A stretch of 64,000 bases of DNA from an uncultured Clostridia bacterium. Lineage in GTDB: Bacteria; Bacillota; Clostridia; Monoglobales; Monoglobaceae. A program made the translations under genes and the position numbers. A model generated the notes under the pieces. That model saw only the letters and a program-made list of their open reading frames with translations. It did not search any database and had not been told where the DNA came from. Below are positions 1-8,262 of the stretch, piece after piece; the stretch's first letter is position 1, and every line of letters starts with the position of its first letter. Location: the NCBI GenBank assembly GCA_934463175.1, contig CAKSIW010000002.1:11127-75126 (forward strand). Direction: 5' to 3'.

Positions 1-179
1 TTACATACCTCTATAGCTTTTTCTATATACTTTCATCGACAAAATTCGACAAATTTCTATTTTTGCCTATAAATGCCTGTATATCAAGCTTTTTACTATT
101 ATACCATATGTTATATGTTGAAAAATGTCGGATATTATGTTAACCTTTATATAAAGAATTTTAACAGGAGACCGACAAA

Positions 180-428
180 ATGAATATTTTTGATATTATC
201 CGCAAACAAAGCTCTCCCATCAGTGTGAAGCTCATGCTCTACGGAACAAAGCTTGCTCTCGGAGTTCTCATCATCGGCATCGCTGTGGTTAAGTATAATG
301 ACATATTTCTCGGAAGCATTGAAACAGAAGCATACGGCATTCGGCTTGTCCAAGCCGCATTCAGCCTGTTTGTTCAGTTTATAATCGGCGGCTTGGTGCT
401 TGACTGTGTGAACGCCGACAAGCACTGA
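180..428 (+). CDS. hypothetical small membrane protein (82 aa, two predicted TM helices)
   Basis: ATG preceded by aacAGGAGaccgacaaa. Hydrophobic stretches LALGVLIIGIAVV and AAFSLFVQFIIGGLVL. The overlapping antisense ORF 147..425 has no coding-like features. Confidence 0.4.
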   Translation: MNIFDIIRKQSSPISVKLMLYGTKLALGVLIIGIAVVKYNDIFLGSIETEAYGIRLVQAAFSLFVQFIIGGLVLDCVNADKH

Positions 429-544
429 AAACCAATATACTGTCAGTATAACACAATTTTACGGTTTTTGTCAATTATTTTTATCATTAAAGATAATTAT
501 TTATCATTCTTGATAGTATATTATAGTATACAGGAGTGATTAAA

Positions 545-865
545 ATGAATAAAACAATGCATAATTTTTCTGACAGGCTGAAGGATCTGCGCAGCAAATA
601 CGGCTACACGCAGTCTGAGCTTGCAAAAAAGCTGTCTCTGACCCGTGCAAGCATTAACGCATGGGAAATGGGCTTATCCGCGCCGTCAACGCCGTATCTC
701 GCAGAGCTTTCATCAATTTTTCATGTCACGACGGACTATCTTCTGGGGCTTGACGAATGCCTCACCGTCCGAACGGACATGCTTTCGGACAAGGAAATCT
801 CAATTATTCTTAACATTGTTGAGGTATTCAGTGAGCAAAGGAAAAAGGGGCTGGTCTCAGAATGA
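545..865 (+). CDS. XRE-family helix-turn-helix transcriptional regulator
   Basis: HTH_XRE signature YTQSELAKKLSLTRASINAWEMG...TDYLLG. The ORF opens at GTG 536, but ATG 545 lies 8 nt after AGGAG (532-536). Confidence 0.85.
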   Translation: MNKTMHNFSDRLKDLRSKYGYTQSELAKKLSLTRASINAWEMGLSAPSTPYLAELSSIFHVTTDYLLGLDECLTVRTDMLSDKEISIILNIVEVFSEQRKKGLVSE

Positions 866-906
866 TTAATTTTTGTTTCAAAAGCTAAAAATTTTTCAAA
901 AATGTA

Positions 907-935
907 TTGCACAAAAAAAAATGTTGTGGTATACT
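907..935 (+). promoter_or_regulatory. sigma-A type promoter for tRNA-Arg
   Basis: TTGCAC (907-912), 17-nt A-rich spacer ending TGTGG, then TATACT (930-935). It lies 25 nt upstream of the tRNA 5' end. Confidence 0.5.
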
Positions 936-960
936 GTTTAATGTTGTCGGAATATTTTAT

Positions 961-1037
961 GTCCCTGTAGCTCAGCAGGATAGAGCAACTGCCTCCTAAG
1001 CAGTAGGTCGGACGTTCGAATCGTCTCAGGGACGCCA
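961..1037 (+). tRNA. tRNA-Arg (anticodon CCU)
   Basis: 77-nt cloverleaf folded by hand: acceptor GTCCCTG/CAGGGAC, D arm GCTC/GAGC, anticodon stem ACTGC/GCAGT with loop CTCCTAA, T arm GGACG-TTCGAAT-CGTCT, encoded CCA. Confidence 0.9.
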
Positions 1038-1259
1038 CTCACACTGTTTCTTGCACGGACAGGAGAATGCTGCCTGAAAAGGCAATGCCTTCTGCGCCGT
1101 ATTTTTTTGCCTTAAATGCTTTCGGCAATCAGCACAAGGTTCTTTTCCGAGCTTGTAATCATAACCGTCGGTAAACTGACAGGCGCACCGCTCCGCAGGA
1201 AATATAACAGTCAGCAGGAAGCACTGAGAATTTAACACCCGCATTATTGTTTTAAAAGA

Positions 1260-1294
1260 GCCGCACAGCGCAGAAAAATTCTGTGCTGTGCGGC
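1260..1294 (-). terminator. intrinsic terminator (bidirectional hairpin) downstream of the YczE-like gene
   Basis: Near-perfect hairpin gccgcacagcgcagaa-aaa-ttctgtgctgtgcggc. On the minus strand it is followed by TCTTTTAAAA, on the plus strand by TTTGTT. Confidence 0.7.
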
Positions 1295-1342
1295 TTTGTT
1301 CGCCGATAAGATGACTGCCGCGACAGAATTATGAATTTATGC

Positions 1343-1951
1343 TCAGCATACTATTTTGCCGACGGTTGGTTTTAACCATTTCACGAATTGCTGCAACAGC
1401 ACCCCTGATAATAAAACCGTAGCCGCTGTGCATAATCCAATCCTGCCGCCCAGCAATACACCCACGAGAACACATGCAACATCTAAAACTATTCTCACTT
1501 TTTGGATTGAGTATTTTTTCTTGTTCACAATAGCAAAGGTTAATGCTTCATATGATCCCTTTCCAAAATCAGCAACGGAATAAAGAGCCGAGCCTAAGCT
1601 GAATATTACAAGTCCCAAAATCATCAAAAGAAAATTAATCGGTTTAGAAGTGCCGTAGTGTATGTATGGCGCAAACCAATCTATGCAAATGCCGTATACA
1701 ACCTGATATAGTATTGTTCCTATATTTATCTGGCTTCTGTCATAAAACCAGCAAAACACCACCATTGCTGCCGCTGCGATAAAAGACGCCTGCCCGATGG
1801 TTATGTTTACAGTCCGTGCCATACCCTGCCACAGAACGGCAAGAGTTGCAGAGCCGAAGCCTGCATATATAGCCATATCCATACCGAGAGCGGCAACTGC
1901 CGTTCCGACCGTGACAATCATCAGCTTTAATATCTGTTTTTTATAAATCAT
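1343..1951 (-). CDS. YczE/YitT-like integral membrane protein
   Basis: Polytopic membrane protein with the YczE-family look (GFGSATLAVLWQG..., SYEALTFAI). The ORF opens at 1990, but that ATG has GGTGG only 1 nt upstream. ATG 1951 has GAGG 8 nt upstream. Confidence 0.65.
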   Translation of the reverse strand: MIYKKQILKLMIVTVGTAVAALGMDMAIYAGFGSATLAVLWQGMARTVNITIGQASFIAAAAMVVFCWFYDRSQINIGTILYQVVYGICIDWFAPYIHYGTSKPINFLLMILGLVIFSLGSALYSVADFGKGSYEALTFAIVNKKKYSIQKVRIVLDVACVLVGVLLGGRIGLCTAATVLLSGVLLQQFVKWLKPTVGKIVC

Positions 1952-2174
1952 TCCCAACGCCTCTTTTAAAATACTGAGATTTGCGCTCATTCCACCATAT
2001 CAACGCAGACGGCAGAACGTCGCCGCAGTGTTATGATGCAATGTTCTCCGAAACACGGAAATATTTGATTCCGTTTTGTTTGTGAGGCTATTATACCTCA
2101 AAAGCAGCAAGAAAGCAACCGTTTCCGACTGCTTTCTCCCATTTGCACAAACAAGTATTCCGTTTATATCTTCC

Positions 2175-2948
2175 TCAGTTTCCGCATTCAATGCTTATCT
2201 CATTAAATCTCGACAGGTAAAAATCAATGCTCTTTTCGAGCTTCTCTTCGCCCTTAACATCAAGAATAATTCCGCCGTCATGCATCATTATGCTCCGCGT
2301 TCCATATTCCACCGCATAACGCAGATTATGCGTCACCATGAGCGCGGTCAGTTTTTTCTCCGAAACAATTTTGTCGGTCAGCTCCATGACAATGTCTGCA
2401 CTTCTCGGGTCAAGTGCCGCGGTGTGTTCATCAAGCAGCAGCAGCTTTGGTGTGTACAGCGTTGCCATAATCAATGCAAGTGCCTGTCGTTGTCCTCCCG
2501 ACAAAATGCCTGCCTGAGTGTCCATTCTGTCTTCAAGCCCCATGCCGAGAATGCTCAGGCTTTCGCGGTAGAAACCCAGTCTTTTTCTGTTCAGTCCGCG
2601 GGACAGATTGAAGCTTTTTCCCTTGTTGTCCGCAAGGCTCATGTTTTCAAATATGGTCATTTTCGCACACGTTCCGACAGACGGATTCTGAAACACGCGT
2701 GCAATGTCTGCCGCACGCCTGTATGACGGCTTGCGCGTGAGGTCGCACCCGTCAAGCACAACCGTTCCGCTGTCTGCGGGAAGGCTGCCCGAAATTATGT
2801 TCAGAAGTGTTGTTTTTCCGCTTCCGTTCGAGCCGACAACCGAAACAAATTCTCCGCTTTCAACTGTCAGGCAAAGTCCCGAAAAAAGCTGCTTTTCATC
2901 AACCGTTCCCTTGCCGAAGCCCTTGTATATATCCTTAATTTCAAGCAT
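2175..2948 (-). CDS. ABC transporter ATP-binding protein (COG1101-type)
   Basis: Walker A GSNGSGKTT, signature LSGGQRQ, Walker B LLLLDEHTAALD. Overlaps the permease gene by 8 nt. Confidence 0.9.
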   Translation of the reverse strand: MLEIKDIYKGFGKGTVDEKQLFSGLCLTVESGEFVSVVGSNGSGKTTLLNIISGSLPADSGTVVLDGCDLTRKPSYRRAADIARVFQNPSVGTCAKMTIFENMSLADNKGKSFNLSRGLNRKRLGFYRESLSILGMGLEDRMDTQAGILSGGQRQALALIMATLYTPKLLLLDEHTAALDPRSADIVMELTDKIVSEKKLTALMVTHNLRYAVEYGTRSIMMHDGGIILDVKGEEKLEKSIDFYLSRFNEISIECGN

Positions 2949-3825
2949 TGCGCCCTGCTCCCTTCAACGATTCCTTCCGTTTGCTGATTATCAGCGTCAC
3001 CACAAACAACAGCGATACAATCAGGTTTGTGTCCTTTGACTCAAGACCGAGAAGCATTGCCGCACTAATGCACGCCTTGTATATTATCATACCTGCAATA
3101 ACGCCTGTTGTCGGCTTGACGTGCTTCATTCTCCCGAACACGGTTGTGCCAATTATGACAGCCGCAAGACCGATTACAACCGAGCCCGTGCCTGCCGACA
3201 CGTTGAAGGACTTTATGTATTGGAGATATATGCAGCCCGAAACGGCAATAAATCCGTTTGCAAGCGCAAGTCCCGTTATCTTCACCTTGCCGGGATTCTT
3301 GGCGAGCGTCACAACGAGGTTTTCATTGTCTCCTGCCGCACGCAGCAGAAATCCCGATTTTGTCGAAAGATACAGGTCAAGCAGCAGCTTGAATATGAGC
3401 GCAAGAGCCAATGCGACAATCAGATATCTGTAACCGAAAAGCACATTTCCCTTTCCAATCACGGAAAACACCGTCGCCGTGTCCATGCTCAAAAATTCAT
3501 TTGGCTTCCCGACAATGCTGTAGTTCACGGAATAGAGTGCTGTCATGGTTATTATTCCGCACAGCAAATCCTTGATTCCGAGCTTAACATTCAGAAAACC
3601 GGTGACAGCTCCTGCCGCACAGCCAAGCACAAATGCCGCAAGGAGGCTCAGATACGGATTCACCCCGTGGAGCAGGCAGACCGTCGCCGCCGCCATTCCG
3701 AGCGGAAAGCTTCCGTCCGTCGTCAAATCGGGAAAATCGAGAATTTTCAAGCTGATATACACGCCGAATGCCATTATGCTGTATATCAGACCCTCGGTGA
3801 TGATTCCTGTGATTAAGCTTAACAT
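2941..3825 (-). CDS. ABC transporter permease (COG4120-type)
   Basis: 294-aa polytopic membrane protein sitting between the binding-protein and ATPase genes of one operon. Confidence 0.85.
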   Translation of the reverse strand: MLSLITGIITEGLIYSIMAFGVYISLKILDFPDLTTDGSFPLGMAAATVCLLHGVNPYLSLLAAFVLGCAAGAVTGFLNVKLGIKDLLCGIITMTALYSVNYSIVGKPNEFLSMDTATVFSVIGKGNVLFGYRYLIVALALALIFKLLLDLYLSTKSGFLLRAAGDNENLVVTLAKNPGKVKITGLALANGFIAVSGCIYLQYIKSFNVSAGTGSVVIGLAAVIIGTTVFGRMKHVKPTTGVIAGMIIYKACISAAMLLGLESKDTNLIVSLLFVVTLIISKRKESLKGAGRNA

Positions 3826-3852
3826 ATACTATCTCCAATCAATGCTTTCAGA

Positions 3853-4857
3853 TTATTTGGACTCCGCGCCGCTTGCTATCTCCTGCGGAATTGTGATTCC
3901 GAGTGATTCCGCAACAGCGGGGTTTATTGTGATTTTGCTTTCTTTCATTGTTTCATAAGGTATTTTGGAAATATCCTCACCCTTCAGCACTCTTGCCGCA
4001 ATTTCACCTGCCTGAACGCCAAGCTTGAAATAGTCAAGACCGGCACTTGCAATGCAGCCGTTTCCAACCTGCTCCTCTTCCGAGCCGAACACAGGAATCT
4101 TTGCCGCATTTGCCTTTTCAAGAACAACGGGAAGTGCCGCAACAACAGTGTTATCCGTCAGATTTGAAATGCAGTCAACGTCCTTCAGAACAACATCTGT
4201 TGCCTGACCAACCTCACTCTGGTTGCCGATTCCGCGTTCAACAATTTCAAATCCGAACTGCGGAGCAAGCTTTTTATAGGTCTCAATTGTGCTGACAGAA
4301 TTTGCTTCGCCTGTTGTGTATATTATGCCGATTTTCTTTGCGTCGGGCAAAATTCCGCGTATCAGCTTGAGCTGTGCCTCAACGGGAAGTGCATCGCTTA
4401 TGCCCGTTATGCCGTCCATCGCCTCTGTCTCCGATTTTGCAAGCTTTGCCGCAACAGGGTCGGAAATTGCGTTGAAAACAACGGGAATGTTCTTTTCATA
4501 GCAGGCTGTGTAGAGTGCCTGAGCCGACGGTGTTGAGATTCCGCACACCAAGTCCTTGCCGAGCGCTGCAAAGTTCTGTGCAATCTGCCCCGCAACCGCG
4601 GTGTCGTTCTTTGCCGACTGGAAATCAATCTCCAGATTTTCGCCTTCCTTGAAGCCGCCCTTTGCCAGACCCTCGATGAAACCGTTGCGACAGTTGTCAA
4701 GAGACGGGTGATCCGCAATCTGTGTCACGCCAACCTTATACACCTTTTTGTCCGCCGTCTTTCCATCCTCTCCGCCGCCGCATGACGCAAGCATTGCCGC
4801 ACAAAGCGATGCCGAAACGATAGCCGTAAAAATTTTTTTCAATGTTCTGTTTTTCAT
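3853..4857 (-). CDS. ABC transporter substrate-binding lipoprotein (COG2984 / ABC_sub_bind family)
   Basis: Signal peptide with lipobox LASC followed by a Gly-rich linker. Periplasmic-binding fold motifs KVGVTQIADHPSLD. RBS GGGAGG 8 nt before the ATG. Confidence 0.85.
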   Translation of the reverse strand: MKNRTLKKIFTAIVSASLCAAMLASCGGGEDGKTADKKVYKVGVTQIADHPSLDNCRNGFIEGLAKGGFKEGENLEIDFQSAKNDTAVAGQIAQNFAALGKDLVCGISTPSAQALYTACYEKNIPVVFNAISDPVAAKLAKSETEAMDGITGISDALPVEAQLKLIRGILPDAKKIGIIYTTGEANSVSTIETYKKLAPQFGFEIVERGIGNQSEVGQATDVVLKDVDCISNLTDNTVVAALPVVLEKANAAKIPVFGSEEEQVGNGCIASAGLDYFKLGVQAGEIAARVLKGEDISKIPYETMKESKITINPAVAESLGITIPQEIASGAESK

Positions 4858-4895
4858 AATGAAAACCTCCCGATAATAAATTTGTTTTGAGAATT

Positions 4896-4926
4896 AAAAA
4901 AATCCTCCGAACAGAAAAGCGGAAGA
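4896..4926 (-). terminator. leader (attenuator) terminator upstream of the ABC importer
   Basis: Minus-strand RNA UCUUCCG-(10-nt loop)-CGGAGGA followed by U7. It lies between the promoter at 5009-5037 and the start codon at 4857. Confidence 0.5.
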
Positions 4927-4947
4927 TTGTATCTGCAAATATTAAAA

Positions 4948-4991
4948 CTAAACCCTCATCTGCTCTCATCTGCTAAAACTAATCTCATCTC
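4948..4991 (-). promoter_or_regulatory. (G/U)AG-rich tandem repeat tract in the 5' leader
   Basis: Minus strand reads GAG-au-GAG-au-UAG-uuu-UAG-CAG-au-GAG-ag-CAG-au-GAG-gguu-UAG. It contains a perfect tandem 10-mer AGCAGATGAG x2 (4974..4955). Confidence 0.45.
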
Positions 4992-5008
4992 AACTGTTCT
5001 TGTATGGT

Positions 5009-5037
5009 ATTATACTACAGCTCCCGTCATTTGTCAA
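5009..5037 (-). promoter_or_regulatory. consensus sigma-A promoter of the ABC importer operon
   Basis: Minus strand TTGACA-aatgacgggagctgtag(17)-TATAAT, about 145 nt upstream of the start codon. Confidence 0.65.
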
Positions 5038-5047
5038 CACTTTTTTA

Positions 5048-5077
5048 AACGGTGCGCAGATTTTTTTGCGCACCGTT
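5048..5077 (-). terminator. hairpin downstream of zupT (terminator-like, stronger U-tract on the plus strand)
   Basis: aacggtgcgca-(loop)-tgcgcaccgtt. The plus-strand reading is followed by TTTTGTTTT; the minus-strand reading has only UUU then an A-run. Confidence 0.45.
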
Positions 5078-5102
5078 TTGTTTTCAGTCTCGTCTGTCCT
5101 GT

Positions 5103-5903
5103 CTAAATGAACGCAACAAGGCTGACCGCCATGACAGCCATACCTGCAATTAATCCGTAGATTGACAAATTATGCTCACCGTATCCTTCAGCGGACGGAA
5201 GCAATTCATTGACCGAGATGAACACCATAATCCCTGCAATCATTGCAAAGATGACCGAGTTGAGCGTTTCACCGATGAACGGTGCAAGAATGACATAGCC
5301 GATAATTGCACCCACAGGCTCCGCCAGACCCGATACAAAGGAATAGATGAACGCTTTTTTCTTGTTGCCCGTTGCGAAATATACGGGGACTGCAACCGCA
5401 ATGCCCTCGGGAATGTTGTGAATCGCAATCGCGACCACAATCGGCAGTGCAAGCACAGGCGATGAAATTGCCGACATGAAGGTTGCCATGCCCTCGGGAA
5501 AATTATGTATTCCCAGCGCAAGTGCCGTGACCAATCCTGTCCGCAGCAGTCTTTTGTCGCAGTCTCCTCCCTCCGTGCAGCCGTGTTCCTGCTCATCTCC
5601 GTCCGAAACACGCGGCTCGGGAATGAATCTGTCAATGACCGCAATAATCAATATTCCGCAGAAAAACGCCGCATATGTGTATATTGTTCCGCATTTTTCC
5701 CCGAACTGCAAGGTCAGGTGCGAAAGAGCCTTTGCAAAAAGCTCAACGAATGACACATAAATCATAACACCTGCGGAAATTCCGAGAGTGAATGCAAGAA
5801 ACCGTTTGTTGGTTTTTTTGGAAATGAAAGCCGTCAGTCCGCCTATGCCTGTTGCCATACCTGCAACGGCGGTCAGAATAACGGCTATTGCTTCATTACT
5901 CAT
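5103..5903 (-). CDS. zupT: ZIP-family zinc transporter ZupT
   Basis: Eight TM segments, paired HNFPEG / HNIPEG motifs, His/Asp/Glu-rich central loop. Confidence 0.9.
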   Translation of the reverse strand: MSNEAIAVILTAVAGMATGIGGLTAFISKKTNKRFLAFTLGISAGVMIYVSFVELFAKALSHLTLQFGEKCGTIYTYAAFFCGILIIAVIDRFIPEPRVSDGDEQEHGCTEGGDCDKRLLRTGLVTALALGIHNFPEGMATFMSAISSPVLALPIVVAIAIHNIPEGIAVAVPVYFATGNKKKAFIYSFVSGLAEPVGAIIGYVILAPFIGETLNSVIFAMIAGIMVFISVNELLPSAEGYGEHNLSIYGLIAGMAVMAVSLVAFI

Positions 5904-6052
5904 GATATACCGTTACCACCTTCCGTGAAATTGAGCGGCAAAAGCCCCTCTTGTTAACATATTATACAATTTCACGGATTTTGCGACATAAAAAAGCGGT
6001 ACACCGCGCGTGCATTTCCGCACACACGGCATACCGCCGTCACTGCATATTC

Positions 6053-6466
6053 TTAGTCGTCACAGCTGTCACAGTCTCCGTCACAGCCCTCGCAGTCACA
6101 GTCAAAATCAAACTCGATTATTTCGCCGCAATTCGGGCAAACAACCTCGCCTTCGTCCAAATCGTCCTCGGTGACAATGATTTCCTCACCGCAGTTCTCG
6201 CAGGTTATCTGGAACTCATCTTCGTCATCATAATCGGCATAATCATCAAAAACCTCGTTTCCGATGACATCAACCTCCTCTTCAAGCTCATCAATCTTGT
6301 CCGCAATGAAGCCCTGCTCCTGGTCGATTGAGTCAAGCTCTGCCGTTGTTTCCGAAAGAAGATTTATTATCTCGTCCAAAAGCCTGCCCTCGGTTGTTTC
6401 CTTGTCAAGCTTCATTCCGTCTGCCAAGCCCTTGATATAAGCCGCACGGTTTGTCAGTTCTGACAT
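6053..6466 (-). CDS. acidic zinc-ribbon protein (CD1247 N-terminal-domain-like) with Cys/Asp-rich tail
   Basis: N-terminal coiled region, CENCG...CPNCG zinc ribbon, C-terminal CDCEGCDGDCDSCDD. RBS AAGGAGGAAAAAAG before the ATG. Confidence 0.7.
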   Translation of the reverse strand: MSELTNRAAYIKGLADGMKLDKETTEGRLLDEIINLLSETTAELDSIDQEQGFIADKIDELEEEVDVIGNEVFDDYADYDDEDEFQITCENCGEEIIVTEDDLDEGEVVCPNCGEIIEFDFDCDCEGCDGDCDSCDD

Positions 6467-6490
6467 CTTTTTTCCTCCTTGTGAATCATA

Positions 6491-6544
6491 TTAACCTAAT
6501 GTTAGTTATCCTGCCTTAATCGGGTTCAGATAGCTAATCTCAGG
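6491..6544 (-). repeat. intergenic palindromic element, copy A (between efp and the next gene)
   Basis: The minus-strand reading begins right after the efp stop: CCTGAGATTAGCTATCTGAACCCGATTAAGGCAGGATAACTAACATTAGGTTAA. Homologous to 35771..35834. Confidence 0.6.
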
Positions 6545-7099
6545 TTATACTCTCGAGAGATACTCCGCGGTTCTCGTGTCAATTTTAATTTTGTCGCCCT
6601 CGTTGATGAACATGGGAACATTTATTGTTGCCCCTGTCTCAACAGTTGCGGGCTTTGTTACGTTTGACGCGGTGTTGCCCTTCACGCCCGGCTCTGTTGC
6701 CGTGACCTCAAGCTCAACAAAGGTCGGCGGCTCAACCGCAAACACATTGCCCTTGTATGAAAGCATTGTCACCGTCATATTTTCCTTAACGAACTTGAGA
6801 GCGTCTCCCAGCTGATCCTGGCTGAGCGGAATCTGCTCATAGTCCTGATCCATGAAGTAGTAAAGACCGCCGTCTTCATAGAGATACTCCATGTCCTTTC
6901 TTTCAATGTGTGCCTTTTCAACCTTTTCGGTCGGATTAAAGGTTCTTTCAACAACAGAACCCGTAATTACGTTTTTCATTTTTGTTCTTACGAACGCAGC
7001 ACCCTTGCCGGGCTTAACATGCTGAAATTCAACAACCTGATAAACATTGCCTTCAAACTCGAAAGTAATGCCGTTTCTGAATTCACCTGCTGATATCAT
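6545..7099 (-). CDS. efp: elongation factor P
   Basis: [10 protein letters not shown]...[16 protein letters not shown] signature. The ORF opens at 7120, but ATG 7099 follows AGGAGG by 8 nt. Confidence 0.95.
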   Translation of the reverse strand: MISAGEFRNGITFEFEGNVYQVVEFQHVKPGKGAAFVRTKMKNVITGSVVERTFNPTEKVEKAHIERKDMEYLYEDGGLYYFMDQDYEQIPLSQDQLGDALKFVKENMTVTMLSYKGNVFAVEPPTFVELEVTATEPGVKGNTASNVTKPATVETGATINVPMFINEGDKIKIDTRTAEYLSRV

Positions 7100-7212
7100 T
7101 GGTATTCCCTCCTGATTCATTTTTTATTATTATTTTATTATATTGTATACTACTATTGAAAAAAAATCAAGTAAAATTTTATAATATGTCAAAAATATGG
7201 AAAACTTTCGTC

Positions 7213-8262
7213 TCAAAGCTCCAAAAGAGCCTTGTCCGCATGTGTAAAATTCAGGCAGCCGCCCGATTTGACGCAAACCATATCCTCAATTCTGACACCG
7301 CCGAAATCGGGAACATATATTCCCGGCTCGCAGGTCACAATCATGTTTTCTTCAAGAACCGTGTCCGACCTCGGAGAAAGGTTTGGCAGCTCATGAATCA
7401 GCAAGCCGACACCGTGTCCGAGAGAATGCCCGAAAAATCTTCCGTAGCCTGCCTTCTCAATCACATTCCGCGCCGCTCTGTCCGCCTCACGTGCGCAGAC
7501 CCCCGCGCGAATTGTGTTAAGTCCCGTCTTTTGTGCTTCAAGCACCGTTTGATAGATTTTCTTCTGCTCCGCATTTGCCTTGCCGACAACAACCGTCCTT
7601 GTCATATCGGAGCAATATCCGCGGTATATGCAGCCGAAATCCATTGTCACAAAATCGCCGTACTCAATTTTCTTTTCATCGGGTCTGCCGTGAGGAAGGC
7701 TTGATTTCTTTCCCGACACAACAATCGTGTCAAACGATGTTCCCTCGCCGCCAAGACGGCGCATATATCCCTCAAGCTCATATGCAAGCTCCGCCTCGCT
7801 CACGCCCGGACGGATATGCGCAAGAATTTTCTCATATGCGCACGACGCAATCTCCTCCGCTTTTGCAAGAAGCTCAATTTCAGCCCCGCACTTGACCGCG
7901 CGCTGCGTGTCAAGTCTCTCCGACGCTGCACAAAACCGCACTCCCTCTGCCGCTCCGCGCAGCTTTTCAAAGGTTGAAACACACATTGACGCGTCCTCAA
8001 ACAAAAGCTCGGATATGCCATGCTCACGCACATATTCCGCAGCTGCGGCAATCCAGCTTCCGGCATTTATAACCTCAAAATTTTTTGCCTCGTCCGCCGC
8101 CTGCTCAACATACCGTGAATCGGTGAACAAGGCTCTCCTGTCCTGTGTTATGATGACCGCGCCCTCGCCGCCCGAAAATCCGCTGAAATATCTCATATTA
8201 TGCGGTGACGTCAAAAGCACGCCGCACTTTTCAGACACAAATTCACTCAGTTTTGAAATCAT
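7213..8262 (-). CDS. pepP: Xaa-Pro aminopeptidase (M24 family)
   Basis: M24 metal ligand motifs DFGCIYRGYCSD and HSLGHGVGLLIHE. ATG 8262 follows AGGAGG; the conserved pepP-efp gene pair is present. Confidence 0.85.
   Translation of the reverse strand: MISKLSEFVSEKCGVLLTSPHNMRYFSGFSGGEGAVIITQDRRALFTDSRYVEQAADEAKNFEVINAGSWIAAAAEYVREHGISELLFEDASMCVSTFEKLRGAAEGVRFCAASERLDTQRAVKCGAEIELLAKAEEIASCAYEKILAHIRPGVSEAELAYELEGYMRRLGGEGTSFDTIVVSGKKSSLPHGRPDEKKIEYGDFVTMDFGCIYRGYCSDMTRTVVVGKANAEQKKIYQTVLEAQKTGLNTIRAGVCAREADRAARNVIEKAGYGRFFGHSLGHGVGLLIHELPNLSPRSDTVLEENMIVTCEPGIYVPDFGGVRIEDMVCVKSGGCLNFTHADKALLEL

Noticed and set aside
1026-1244. 72-aa Cys-rich ORF on the minus strand (CxC, CxxC, CxC motifs) downstream of tRNA-Arg
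   Set aside because: It has no RBS before its ATG, its 3' end overlaps the tRNA-Arg gene, and the composition looks like random intergenic sequence. I do not call it as a gene.
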